Positions 41,901 to 56,059 of a stretch of 64,000 nucleotides of DNA are shown piece after piece. The DNA comes from Eledone cirrhosa (Eukaryota): NCBI GenBank assembly GCA_964016885.1, contig OZ024743.1, forward strand, positions 122,760,001-122,824,000, given 5' to 3'. The notes beneath the pieces were generated by a model, which worked only from the letters and a program-made list of their open reading frames with translations, was not told the origin of the DNA and ran no database searches. Every line of letters starts with the position of its first letter. The stretch's first letter is position 1. Both the position numbers and the translations under genes were made by a program.

Positions 41901-43865
41901 GTCTTTCCTTCCTCAGATAAGAACTAAATATTTCCTTACTGAACTCATAAAACGAGGCATAAATACACTGTGCTTCTTGCTATTCCTATCTAGAAGTGAT
42001 TTGTTGAGTTACGTTGAGTCCCTGATATATTTCGGGTGATAGAGTTCGATTATCTACGTCAGAAAGACCTTTGCAACCTTTGCACTATTGCTCATCAATT
42101 CTAGAGAGACTACAATTCTCTCTCAAATTACATCTCGTTTTAAATATGGAACATACTAGACAATTATATACGGATGGTCATATTCATCCAGCGAACTAAA
42201 CAACAACAACAATTACAATTTACATTTCTGGATAATTCTTATGAAGCATATTTGTTGATAGATGCAGCATGGCTGAATGGTTAAGAAATTCGCGTCACCA
42301 GCTGGAGACCCCGGTTTCCATTCAACAGCTTATCATCTTGGGTAAAAGTTATTATAACCTCCAGTCAACTTAAGCCTGCGTGTGAAATTAGATAAACGGG
42401 AGCTGTTTGTCAACCCGTAGGATGAACTGGATCGGTGATTCAAAAGGCCAACTTTAAATCACCTTCAGAATCACACAGAGAATACATGCATTTGTTTTAA
42501 CAACTGGAACACTCGCCGTCCAAACCGACGGAGGAACATTTACTTATACTTATGAATATATGAAGGAACTCTGAGATAATATTGAAGAAATTAATCATAA
42601 TGTATTTTTTATAAGTTGAATCTATTATAATTTATGCAGCCTTATATTGTAAAGATATTGCGAGAATTCTGTACGATGAAACATGAAGAACTTTTGCTTC
42701 CTTGTTTAAAAGTGTAATCATTAAGAGAAAGTAAAATGTGACTATGTTTCATGTGATATATAAACTAAGAATAAAACCACATTGAAAAATCATAAGATAT
42801 ATATACATTGTTTTAATGTTGGGAGCTATCTTCCTTATGAAAGAGTGCATACTCAGCAGGGTATTTAGTCATCCATTCCTACAATACTTTTAGATATTGG
42901 TAACAGTTGCGTTGTCAATGGCGATTGACATTGTTGTATTGCGATGGTAATAGTAGGGTTAGCAATGGCATTTGGCTAATGGGCGTGATTGTGATCGACA
43001 CAATATGGATGGTAGTTGGCAATTTCTGTGATCATTGTGGCACAAGTTCTATTACATCAATATGCACTAATCACAACTCACCCACCCACTCCCAATACTC
43101 CAAAATTACAATATTCATATAATAACATTATCAGCTTTACCAGCTGTATTGAATATCGGCTAAAGGCTAACGACGTAGAAAGTTAATTATTTATCATATG
43201 TAAGATTGTAGGTTAGCAATACAACTGCATATACTGATTATATGTGCCGATTTCCATTTGAATGTACATCCTACATATTTTCTGCAAAAGCAATTCTTTC
43301 TATTTAACCTGTTTCTCTTATTGTCGATAGAACGAAGGATGTGATGATAAATGAACAAGTTCTACTTTGAAGTGAAAAAAAAAAATGTTGGGAAGGCACT
43401 AAAGAAAGCTATGTTTGCATACGATACGAGAGGAAAACTGCTTTACTGCTGTAATAGATTAAACACATTTTATGAGCCAAGAAAACGTTATTGAACGTTT
43501 GAATATGACACACATTCAATGGGAGGAAGGAAAACTCACAAGAATCGAGTCATAAAAATATTTATTTTCGAAATATCCTTCCTCCTTCCCGCAATATTAA
43601 TAACCTATAATGGAATGGGATTTAATTAAACATAGCTGGGGACAAAACTAACGTTGATTGTGAGAAAAAAGCCAATAAACAACAGTAATGTCCCTTATTT
43701 AATTAAAACATTAAATAAAAGCATCACTAATAAAAGGTTCAAAGCTATATATTTTTCAACAACTATTAAATTGGTCGACTAATGAAGGTAGTTAGCTTTA
43801 TTCATGCAATTATACTTAGATAGTTAATTTATAATAGTCTAGAAGCCTAATCAATATCTTAGTTA

Positions 43866-44012
43866 CCGTATTTCCCGGCGTCGAAGATGCAACTTTTATA
43901 AATCTCAAAAATCTACCATGATTCCTGGAGGCTGAGGGTTGTTTATTATTTTTTTTTCAAATTTTTGGTTGTCAAAATTAGGGTGCGTCCTCTTCGGTGC
44001 CGGGGAATACGG
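43866..44012. mobile_element. Tc1/mariner-superfamily (pogo/Tc2-like) MITE with TA TSD
   Basis: ta|ccgtatttcccggcgtcgaagatgca ... tgcgtcctcttcggtgccggggaatacgg|ta. Confidence 0.8.
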
Positions 44013-46109
44013 TACTTATAACTTACAATTATATATAACAGTACGGAAAAAAACACTTTTAGCGAGTAAAAGGGAAAACGATGATATTGTCGAATGCAAG
44101 TTAGTGCAATTAATGGTAATAAGTATTTCTATTATTAATAATGTAGTATTTCTAACAAATGAAACTAGATATATTCAACATGACAACCCCCCCACCCCCT
44201 CCCCCCACACAAAAAAACCTTGGATATAATATATATAAGTGATAAAATGACTCTACGATTCAGTGTTTGGAGTGGGTGAAAGATATAAATCTCTAACGGC
44301 AAATGAACATTTGTTAAAATATCGATTTGCCTTCGTAAGGGATTTGGAAAATTGGAAAGCGATGATAACTTAGTGTGCAATATATTGTAAATATATACGT
44401 AGTCCTTTGTTTTCTCTCGAAAGTATATTTCTATAGTGACATTACACGAGTCGCATACATTATCCATCCCACACAGCGAGCTAATATGTCAACCAGTATT
44501 CAAATATATGAATCCGCCAGTAATTGAATTCATGTTCTCTATATGAACCATAACCGATGCTTATTGAAATCAAAATAAAATAATCTTACGAAATTCATAT
44601 ATTTTATCTGAATATATGATAACAAAGTAAAATTGCAAACACCTATAAAAGCCCTTTCAGAAGATAAACGAAAACTTACTTCTAGAATCATATGTGACTG
44701 AATTCTTTTGTAAGCTACAGTTGGAACTAAATATTAATCCCCACAATGAAATGTGAGTCTAAAAATCCATTTTCTGATTTTCATCAACTAATGGATTTTT
44801 GGCCTGCTTTTCTCATGTAAAAAGCCTGTATGATAACATAAATTTATGTTATGGTGAACGGCTGATATGCATTTGGAAGTAAGGACATTTTATTAGGAGG
44901 TACCATTTAATAAAAAGATTTTATGGGAGACAGCTAATACCAAGCTAATACCATCTTTGTAAGATGAAAAGTATATAAATAAACTATAAATACTATTTCG
45001 ATCTTTATCGGGGGAATATTTCGAACCTAACAATTTCGCAAACAGCTGACACTTGTCTAGTATAAAAGGTAATTACTATCTTCAAATAATACCATACCAC
45101 TATGTAATTCTGTTAGTAACTATGTAAAAAGAGAACCAAGCAATTGTCAAATAACTAGGGTGAAGAATAGAAATAAAAAAAAGATTGAGGGAAATTCCTA
45201 CATTGTGTAAAGTATTATTCAGCGTTATCGGAGTTACAGATGGGAAATAGAATTATTATATTTAATGTGAGTGAATTACAGCCGTTTACCTTCCTCGTAA
45301 GAGTGAAGAACATCAAAGACATAGTTATTTACCAAAAATATTAATGTTTGCTCTATGGAGGATAACCACACCCCGCCCTACAAAAAAAAAAAAAAACCAA
45401 CTTGTTCGAAAATATTTATTTTATTTTATTTCTCAAAAAGACATGCAATATTTAGCTAATCAAATGTGCATTGTCCAAAAAACTCACAATATTATACTTG
45501 TAACAGGAAACGAAAATTATACTTTACCTCTTCAGGGCTTTCTAAAAAAATGTTGGAGATGAAGACAGTAATGAGCTGACATTAAGGTTATTGTATCTAG
45601 TTTGGCCTCCAAGTAATGTCTTCGCACAACATCGTATTACTCTCATGATTAGTATACTAAGTTTAAGGCAGTGAATTCACAGTCATTAGGGCGTCGGATA
45701 AATGCTTAGCAGTAATTGTTCTGGCTAGTTACATTCTCAGTTCAACTCTCGCCGAAGCCAATTCTTGCTTTTCATCCTTCCGCGGTCGATAAAAAATAGT
45801 ACCAGAAACTTACTTTAACCTCCCAAAATCTATTAATATGCTAAAGTTGATTCAATCGTTTATTACGCGATTTTCTTTGAAACAGAAGATTTTAGTTGGC
45901 ATTTTTTTCAATTCTGTCTCATTTGATTTTCTTTATAAGCATTTATGACTGTCATCCTTTCTCGCAAAGGGTTTGCTTCACAACCGAATACTTTCGGGTT
46001 CAGTCCTACTTCGTGGGACCTTCAACAAGTGCCTTCCCATCTAGCTCTCGGTTTGACTATTCGTTTGCGAGTAAAATTTGGTATTCGAAGCTGTAAGAAA
46101 TCCCGTTCT

Positions 46110-46901
<792 letters not shown>

Positions 46902-46920
46902 ATATATATATATATATATA

Positions 46921-47684
46921 CTAACAGCAAGACCCGGTGTTGCACGGGGTATGAAACGTGAAATAGCAACACGCATATGCAAAGATTGAGGAATGTAGTT
47001 GTATACTTTTTGAATTCCCTTATTTGGAAACGTAGTGTAATTAACACAACCACTGTCCGCGTACTTGCGCAGGGCATTCATACTGCAGTGTAGGTGCAAC
47101 AAAAGGGGTGTTAGTAGAAGTAGCACAGACGTGAGTTTTATGGCGTCAATAACATGGCAACGTACACAGGGCCAGGATTTGCGCGCGATGAAAGCACGAA
47201 GCGTCAACAGTGCACCAACAAACATTTTAAGGTCCTCCTCATTTCCTCAATCCCCCGAAAATGGTCCTGCTTAAAAGTAAGTAACTGTTGTGTTCTCTTT
47301 TAAACAAACCAAATTTTTAACCACATAGTATACGCTACTTACGATGTTTAAGTAGCGTTTATATTGAAACTGAAAATGGCATGTAATGTCCAATGGTAAT
47401 TCGCAAATCCCCTAGAAACCATTAATGGAATCGGAAATATTGCCCACAGCAATGCGAGGGAACTAACTAATGCGTGCTGCAAATTTCGAGGAAATCGGGT
47501 GGATTATCTTTAAGTTACGCCTCAATAGAGCCTAAACATGCCTAAAAAACGCGGTTCTTCGTCTAGCGCAGAAAAAGTTTAGCCGATTGCACTTCAACAA
47601 ATATAAGTAACGCATGTGTAAAGTTTGAAAAAAATCGGTCGGGTACCTCTCGAGTTTTAGGGATTTACACAGACAGACATTCTC

Positions 47685-47695
<11 letters not shown>
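46921..47695 (-). mobile_element. Non-autonomous Helitron-like (Lep1-type) element
   Basis: Minus 5' ...ataaaacagagaatgtctgtctgt; minus 3' hairpin cccgtgcaacaccggg followed by ...TTAG. Confidence 0.55.
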
Positions 47696-47742
<47 letters not shown>

Positions 47743-48095
47743 GTGTTTGTGTGTATGTATATATATATGTGTGTGTGTGTGTGTACGTGTGTATTTGTGT
47801 GTATGTGTGCGTGCTTGCCTTTTTTCAGGTGCCTCAGCAATTTTACAAACATAAATCGATAAAATAAGTAGTAGACCTTAAAAAGATAACTACTGAGGCC
47901 GATATGATCGACTAAATCTCTTCAAAGCAGTGTTCTAGCATGGTGACAATTTAAGGATGAAAAGCTGTAAAGTTGTTATGGAATGAAAGAATAATCTGAT
48001 AAACATTCACATAACATAGCATTCCATATATCTCCCTAAAACATCAAAATAACATTATTTTAGATCTTTTAAACACATCAGTTCACTCTACTCAC

Positions 48096-48235
48096 TTTCA
48101 TAAAGTCTGTCGTCTTCACACAGTTTGTTTAATTCTTTTTGGTTTTGACTGAGGTTTATTAACTTTCGTGGTTTTTCTCTCCGGCTACACTTGCTTTTGA
48201 AATCTTCAATACATTGGATTCCTTTTTTATAGGAG
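48096..48235 (-). CDS. Internal coding exon A of a Cys-rich (DUF19-like) putatively GPI-anchored protein
   Basis: Acceptor tttttcatttgtacag|C, donor GAAA|gtgagt; 140 nt = 1+46 codons+1: SYKKGIQCIEDFKSKCSRREKPRKLINLSQNQKELNKLCEDDRLYE; phase matches exon B. Confidence 0.85.
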
Positions 48236-49756
48236 CTGTACAAATGAAAAATCGAAATATTAGTTGACATCATATATCTATATCATATATTGAAAATTTA
48301 CATAATTCTTTAAATTTTATATTTCAGCCAATATTGCTAATATGCAACAGCTAGATAGCCTCTAGTTTACGTTCAGTTTTGTAAGGCTAAAATCAGTTTT
48401 GGACTTAAATTTTAAGCTGACTCCATGAAACGAAATATACAAATATGTGGTTTCCATTACGTTCCCCGAGGAGCAATATTATATTATTTATTATTCGATA
48501 TACGGAAAAATCAATAGCTTCAGATCATATATATATAGATGTTTTGAAATTGAATATTAAGCCACGTGGAACTGTTGCGCAATCAGATTATGAGAATAGA
48601 AAATATGAATTAACAAAACATATAAAATATTGCTTCAGTAATTTAAGACTTTTGTCATATTTATGAAATAAATAATCCGTTTATCAAACAAATTACAAAA
48701 AAGTTATTGTTGAATCACAAAACTATAAAAATAAACAGGACAAAGGTGTTTGTCAAAGAGAATTGAATGTCAAGTTGTTCCGAAGTTTTTAAATATATTA
48801 GAGGTAATGTTTGCATTTAGATGCATAAACGGCGGATTGGCAAAGTCATTAGGGCGTTGGAGAAAATGCCGTGTGGTATTTGTTTCGGCTTTCTATGTTC
48901 TGAGTTTATCTTTGTGATTCATCCTCTAAGGTCTCATTAAATAAACTATCTATCGAAGGTGTAAAATTGATGGAATTGTTAGTGCGTCACATGAAATGTT
49001 CCGAGACTTTGTGTTCAAAGTTAAAATCTTGATGTCACCGAGGTGGGTGGAAGACATTATCCACTGCTCGCTTAACACCATCACCTAAGCTTGTAGTAGC
49101 ATTAATAGGGTCTAATTTATTGCGAGCGTTGTGGCTAGACGATTTCTTCTCTCTTACATTTCTCATATTGCTCGCGGAAAACCTGAAAGAGGCATGAGTA
49201 TTGTTCTTCCTTTACTAAAATGTAAGAAACCCAACTGAATATCACATGTCGTAATTACCCTCCTATAAATATACTTTAGGCCAAATATTTCTCTTCCATC
49301 ATTTTATATCCCAGAATGCTTACTTAGATATATCCTACTAAGGAATTTCTATATTGTTTATAATTCTTTGTTTGTTGCAATATTGTTGCTACCATTGTAT
49401 GTATTTGTAATTTGTCAGTATATTCTTCGGGAACGATCCACGCCGATATTGTTTATTCTACATAGAAATCATATCTAAGTAAAAAAAAAAAAAAAAAAAA
49501 AAGAGAGAGAAAAAGAAATACATGTACGTTTTCTCTGGCAAACTATGATGAAATCACCTGTAAATAACATTATTGCTGTAGTAGATTAGAATAGAAGTAG
49601 AAAATGGAAATTGGTTACGAATAACGTATTGAAAAGAGACAATTGAGAATCATGTAGTTGAATATTATATATCATATACATATACTCAAAGGGCCTTTCT
49701 TTCATTAAAATGACAAAGGGAGTTTAACATATGTATGTGTGTATGTATTTATGTTA

Positions 49757-50282
49757 TGTCAGGTCACTCTCGAGTGCTATTGGTAACATGTAACCCAGTA
49801 CAACCTGTCTCATGGTCGGGTCCTCGGCGACTAAACCGGCAACCACACCAAGCTTGCTTGGTGAGGAGGGTGATATTTGGACACACTGCGGGATGAAATA
49901 CAAGACCCGGTGAAGGGCGGAGGAACTCAGCAGAGTCAACAGCCATCCAAATAATACTTTTTTTTCGCCTGGGAGTAAAAGGCCCCCAGTTGTTGTCACA
50001 ACACCTTTTTAAGAGAGGGGAAACTCTGAAAAAAAAAACCCCTGCGGTTTCGGAAGCATCCGATGATGTTGATCAGTTCTCCTTTTCGGGTAGTGTTTTC
50101 GATGCTCAGAGAATGGGATTGGTCGAGTGCAAGGCTTTTTCCGACTTAAAAAACCTTCAAAGCACAGGCATTGCCTGTTCAGGATCTGTTACAATTTCAT
50201 GTGGCTGGCCGTAGCCTAAAAGTGCAACGAACTCTGTAATTTAACAAGTGATTGCAATACTATTTGCTGAGTTTGCAGCCAT
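49757..50282 (+). mobile_element. Non-autonomous RTE-like element (5' UTR fused to 3' terminus) with (TATG)n tail
   Basis: No ORF; 50020-50175 is homologous to 62150-62300; ends gagtttgcagccatc-(tatg)n like the neighbouring RTE 3' end. Confidence 0.55.
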
Positions 50283-50283
50283 C

Positions 50284-50316
<33 letters not shown>

Positions 50317-50370
50317 TGTATGTATGTATGTATGTATGTATGTATGTATGTATGTATGTATGTATGTATG

Positions 50371-50780
50371 TTTGATGGTGGCTGACTGGGAGCTCTTGAA
50401 AGAGAAACTTGGCGTGGAGTGGTGAATGATGGGGTCCATAATTTGGAAGACAGACGCATAGAGCACAAGAAGCTCAAATGGGATGTGCGTAAGTAATGCC
50501 CCGGTGTATCTCTCGAAACGATCGGTGTGCCCTGAGTGTGGAAAGATTTGCTTGATCAAATCTGGACTCAGGAGCCACAGTCATAGCCACGTTCAGGGAG
50601 AACCAGTGAACTATGATCTCCACGGTATTGTGAAGGTTCACAGGCAACCTGATGCAACACCTGAGGCCAGTGAGATTCATAGTTGTCGTCAATGTGCTAA
50701 GGAGTGCAAGTCTCTAGCAGGCTTGAAAAGTCATATCCGAGCGTTACACATCTGACAGCCAGAGGTTGCAGTCATCTTAT
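50371..50780 (+). mobile_element. 5'-truncated RTE (BovB-like) LINE 3' end with two C2H2 fingers
   Basis: ALERETWRGVVNDGVHNLEDRRIEHKKLK...CPECGKICLIKSGLRSHSHSH...CRQCAKECKSLAGLKSHIRALH*; TATG-like tail. Confidence 0.8.
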
Positions 50781-50788
50781 ATGTATGT

Positions 50789-50824
<36 letters not shown>

Positions 50825-50880
50825 AAATAAGAAAGTCAAATATGTAAAATTTGGGTTCGTTTATTATAAATTATAAATTT

Positions 50881-50935
50881 ACTGCTATATATATTTCGGT
50901 GACAGCTATTATTGACTGTGACCTCTTCAGGCAGT
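50881..50935 (-). ncRNA. Minimal type I hammerhead ribozyme, all core nucleotides intact
   Basis: Minus: actgc CTGAAGA ggtcacag tcaataatag ctgtcacc GAAA t atat a TA gcagt; 5-bp stem I, 7/8-bp stem II, 2-bp stem III with palindromic loop, AUA triplet. Confidence 0.85.
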
Positions 50936-51072
50936 CCGAATTGGTGGGAAAAAGACAGGTATACATGTTGGTGAAGTGTGTTTCACTCTCTGTCAATATA
51001 TCGATATGCCGAGCTCCTGGGTGTGTTGTTAGTCCTCCGAGGAACTGGAATCATATAATAAACAACCAACAT

Positions 51073-51170
<98 letters not shown>

Positions 51171-52380
51171 TCGTATCTGTGCTTGAAAGGTAACAGTACA
51201 GCTAAAAGAAAACATTAGTTTCATGCTCCAATCACTCTTACAAACAATATCACTGTCTCAATTTGACATCTAATTTCTACCTTGGACATTTTTATGAGAA
51301 ACTTGTTTCTTGGGTTAATTTAAGATATTTTGTATCTTTATTTATTAGGGCGGATGAAATGCTGACAAAGAAAAAATAAATAGTAGATATCAGTTTAAGA
51401 AGAAGTAAAATAAAACAAACAAAAAACAAATATGAAAAGAGACAGTAGATAAAACATTGATATTACTAGGGCGTAGTTCTGAAAGTATGATTTGAAAATA
51501 ATTAATATGATTAGATATTGAATACTTAATAATGTATGAGAAGAAAAGTTTTGATATTTCACAGTGTTTTTGGACAAATGAGTTGGGGGATAATTATTTG
51601 GTATGTCTTCCGTATGTTCGTTTTATTAATCACTTTATTCTCAATGGTTCAATCTACACTATGCAATAAATGATATTACTTAATTTTGTTTTGGTTTTTG
51701 TTGAGTAGCTTCTTGTTTTTAGATAATGTATCTAAGTTAGCAGCAATATTTAAGTATAAAGGTGCCTGCTGACATAGACTAGTCACACGCAATTAAAGCT
51801 CCGCACGCCATGCCTACCTATCCTGTGTTTCCGGTCTTGCAGACAGATAGTCGACATTTCGTTACCTATAAACCACACAGTGATATGTTGCTGGAATAAA
51901 GTAGTTATACAATGGCCCAGTTAGTTTACTTAGATGTAAAGGTCTAGGGTATAGGGATCGAATTCAGGTCAAAACAGTAAATCCAGGATATATTGAAGAG
52001 CTTTCCCGAATTTTCCATTGTAGATCGGAAACCCTACTTTTGACTTATATAAAAGCTTCAATAAGTTTACACTTCCATAGTAAACATGCACTTAAATAAA
52101 TAGGGAGCTTCTATACACAGATCATCCAACATATATATATATAACTTTTTCCTGAGTCGGTTTTTTCGTTGTGCTGGTCCTAGCGGCGCGCTTTTCGGTC
52201 GCTGGCTTCAATTTACATAGCTGTCTAAACGTAATGTTATAACTCAAGGGTAAAATTCCTTATTGAGTGCTTTTGGCTGCACTCCCCGTTAGCTTGCCCG
52301 CAACCAGAGCTTCGATTATGCTGTACTACCTTCTTGTATATATATAGATATATATGTTTACAAACAAACCGAGCAATCTT

Positions 52381-53100
52381 TGTTTATTTATTTGTTTATT
52401 TACATGTTACTGGTTGGTTGTTTGTTCTATGTGTGTGTGTGTTTTCATTTTGTCCTCAATTGTAAGTTGTGATGTTGTTATTCCATTCATGTTTTCTATT
52501 TAATTTTGGTTGGAGTTCATTTATGTTTATTGTCTCTGTGATTTGTCTAAACATTGCGTCTATTCTGTGTGCAGATTCTATTTTTCGAATGTTCTCGAAT
52601 CTACACACAGAAAAGACGCAATGTTTAGACAAATCACAGAGGCAATAAAGATAAATGAACTCCAACCAAAATTAAATGGAAAACATGAATGGAATAGCAA
52701 CATCACAACTTACAATTAAGGACAAAATGAAAACACACACACACATAGAACAAACAACCAACCAGTAACATGTAAATAAACAAATAAATAAACAAATAAA
52801 AACACACACAGACACCCGGATGTAACACATGCGCAAACTAAGCACACAACACACACAACAAACAAGATGGCGTAGGACAGAACAAAGGAGGGGCACAAAG
52901 CAAACAAAAGAATCCCCAGTCACTGAAGAGGTCACAGAATGTGTGACGAAAGAACTTTGACAATATATGAACAACCGACCGGTTACGGAACCAACCAAGC
53001 GGATATTTATAAATTCTTCAATTTATAAATTTTATTTATAATAAATTGGAGTGAAATCAACTGGTGTGTGTGTTTCTTATTGGCAACATGACCCTCCCAA
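52381..53100 (+). mobile_element. 5'-truncated Penelope-like element with inverted duplication
   Basis: ~198-bp IR 52381-52578/52597-52794; RQITEAIKINELQPKLNGKHEW resembles a GIY-YIG endonuclease C-terminus; hammerhead-like motif at 52919-52961. Confidence 0.75.
52919..52961 (+). ncRNA. Hammerhead-like motif (stem III degenerate)
   Basis: gtca CTGAAGA g gtcaca gaatg tgtgac GAAA gaactt tgac. Confidence 0.55.
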
Positions 53101-53166
53101 ACATAACAATATATATATATACTGACGAAACATAAGTCAATTGCATGAACTCATAATCCTTTATTT

Positions 53167-53530
53167 ACTGCTATATATATTTTGATGATAGCCATTGAAT
53201 AGCTATGACCTCATCAGGCAGTTACTCAGTTCTTAGATATGCCAGCTCTATGTTTATATATAGGGTTGATGGTATCAGAGCCTTGGGACATATGAGCTTG
53301 TTAGGAATAATTTAATGTTGTCAGCAGGAGTAGTCTTAATTCTCATTGGTCAGTTTGTAGATGCTAGTAGGGTTGGTATTTGACCTCAAAGAGGCAGGTG
53401 GTGTTGTAAAGTTCAAACCGTCGGGCAAGATGACAATAGTTCCATATGACTGATTTTCACAAAAAGCATTCCTCGTCAGATATATATTCAATTAAGGTTA
53501 ATAGTATGAAATAGATACTAAGGGTCATTC
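53167..53530 (-). mobile_element. Penelope-like 3' end with a mutated hammerhead (53167-53222)
   Basis: Minus: ...ENQSYGTIVILPDGLN (P.GLN end of PLE GIY-YIG), then actgc CTGATGA ggtcatagc...gctatcatc AAAA tatatata gcagt (G12 changed to A). Confidence 0.65.
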
Positions 53531-53532
53531 TT

Positions 53533-53830
53533 AAATTGAGGAATATATGTGGAGTGGTGCTACTGAAAATTATGGTTAGAGTAGAAAATTTACAAATAAA
53601 AAGACTTATGTAGGTTGGCTTGCACGTACACTCACACCCATCTCCACAGACAAACGCACACATCCACACATACAAATTGAGGAATAAATGTGGGGTGGTA
53701 ATACTTAAAATAATGGTTAAAGTCAAATACTTAGATAGTTTAGAAAATTTAGAAATAAAAGGCTTATGTTGGTTGACTTGTACATACACTCACACCTACC
53801 CCCTCAGACACACACCCATCTACACACACA
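53533..53830. repeat. Tandem duplication of a ~140-bp unit
   Basis: aaattgaggaata.atgtgg.gtggt...cttatgt.ggttg.cttg.ac.tacactcacacc occurs at 53533 and 53674. Confidence 0.8.
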
Positions 53831-53835
53831 AATCC

Positions 53836-53872
<37 letters not shown>

Positions 53873-53884
53873 CACACACCGAAG

Positions 53885-53986
<102 letters not shown>

Positions 53987-54015
53987 CGAAGCACACACAC
54001 ACATATATATATATA

Positions 54016-54057
<42 letters not shown>

Positions 54058-54060
54058 TGG

Positions 54061-54110
<50 letters not shown>

Positions 54111-54164
54111 CTGGTACTTTATTTTATCGACCGCGTAAGGATGAAAGGCAAAGTCAACCTCGGC

Positions 54165-54218
<54 letters not shown>

Positions 54219-54581
54219 AATATAATGTGTGTTTGTTTATGCGTGTATTTTCTGGATGCCGATGGCTATCGGAAGTAGGTCCACGATCTCAAAAAGGTTT
54301 TCTCCTATCCGAATTATGGAAACAACATCATTTGGTACCACCGACACAAAACTGTTTCTCGAGCTACAAAACGTCCAGTTTGAACAGACATCTTCTTCCA
54401 TTGGAATGCGAGTCATATGAAGACGTCAACGAAACAAACTTTTTAATTGGTTTTTCTGATAACAGATGTTTGGTTTCTTATTCCTGATAGAAAATATTAA
54501 GGCTAAAGTTCAAAAACGTTTTAATGAATTTCTAACAATGGGGAAATACAGATACAAACACATAATCAACACACGAACAAG

Positions 54582-54675
<94 letters not shown>

Positions 54676-54714
54676 TAGATATAGATATATATATATATAT
54701 ATAGATAGATATAG

Positions 54715-54750
<36 letters not shown>

Positions 54751-54780
54751 TGAGAGAGAGAGAGAGACACTAATATATAT

Positions 54781-54969
54781 AACGAAGGAAATGTAGTAAG
54801 GAACCAGATAGACCATAACGCACTAAGTACTCAATACTTAGGGTAGTAGAGTGGGTAATAGGAACGAGTAGGACCCCGACGGCTGAGCTCAAGCCGTTTC
54901 GATGGCTAATTCTGGTCGAGAATTACGAAACGGCTTGAGCTCAGCCGTCGGGGTCCTACTCGTTCCTAT
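54781..54969 (-). mobile_element. Family H fold-back element with perfect 44-bp IR
   Basis: 54858-54901/54926-54969; the remainder is the reverse complement of the 15207-15288-type tail. Confidence 0.75.
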
Positions 54970-55025
54970 ATATATATATATATATATATTCATACATGCA
55001 TACATATATATATATACTTATACAT

Positions 55026-55056
<31 letters not shown>

Positions 55057-56059
55057 CATATATATATATAGATATACACATATATGTATGTATATGTAGA
55101 TTTTCTGCATACATTGTGTATGTATATTTATATTTGATATACAAGTAAAGCTGCACATGTATGTTTATATATGTAGAGATAAACACACATAGATACACAA
55201 GCAAAGACTCATACACGCAGATTTAATAAATTCATACACACGTTTAAACATAAAAAGGCGCTCCATCAGTCATATATAGACACTCATATTTACTAATACA
55301 CATACAGAAAGATATAAATATACATAAATATACATCAGTGTGTCTATGTGTACGTGTGTGTCTGTGTGTATGTATATGTATGAATGTGTTTCTGTGCGTT
55401 ACACACCAGCAATTATCTGAATGTATTTTTATGTATTCTGGTGCAGGAAGAGAATGAATAAGAAATGTGATCGCTTGATTGTCACAATATAGTGGGTACG
55501 GGAAGAGTAGCATTTCTCTATCGTTGCTGACGCCTTAATAGTGACACTAATAAGGTGTTACAATTCAATATTCGGAGGTGATCTGTAATTGCCTTTATTA
55601 TGAATTTGACCGAAATTCCAACAAGGCCAAACGGAAAGAAACCCCTCGTTTGCTGTTAATTACCACAGACATTACAAACTTCATCCACAGCACATTTTGA
55701 GATTGTTTCTTCAGAGCTATTAGAAACATCCCGCCAGTTAGGCGAGATATAAATTACACAAGTAGACTGTATTTTCTATTATTATAGTTGTGCGCTATTC
55801 TTTATAGTAAGCACTTGCCTAGTATGCCAATTCTTCAAGCCTGTTTCAAATTTTTTATTGTACCAATTTCGTTTGTGTACGCCACAAACTTTATTAAGGA
55901 AAGAATGAACGTCACAAAGTCGCATTACACTTCCTATTATAAAATAAAGCGTAGCTCTCTATCAGACTATTCCTAAAGCTATTTTGATTCTCACCATAAC
56001 ACTACTAAATCACTTCTATTTCATTCTTTTTTTTTTACTAAATTCTTCTAGAAGAAAGT

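Noticed and set aside
49757-49900. HDV-like ribozyme at the RTE 5' end (tcctcgg...cgactaa)
   Set aside because: Could not build a consistent P1/P2/P3/P1.1 nested pseudoknot by eye; needs a descriptor search
51818-51865. Possible upstream exon of the gene (tttatag|GTAACG...ATAG|gtaggc, minus strand)
   Set aside because: Does not supply the phase-2 donor needed by exon A in a convincing frame and lacks the expected Cys or signal-peptide pattern
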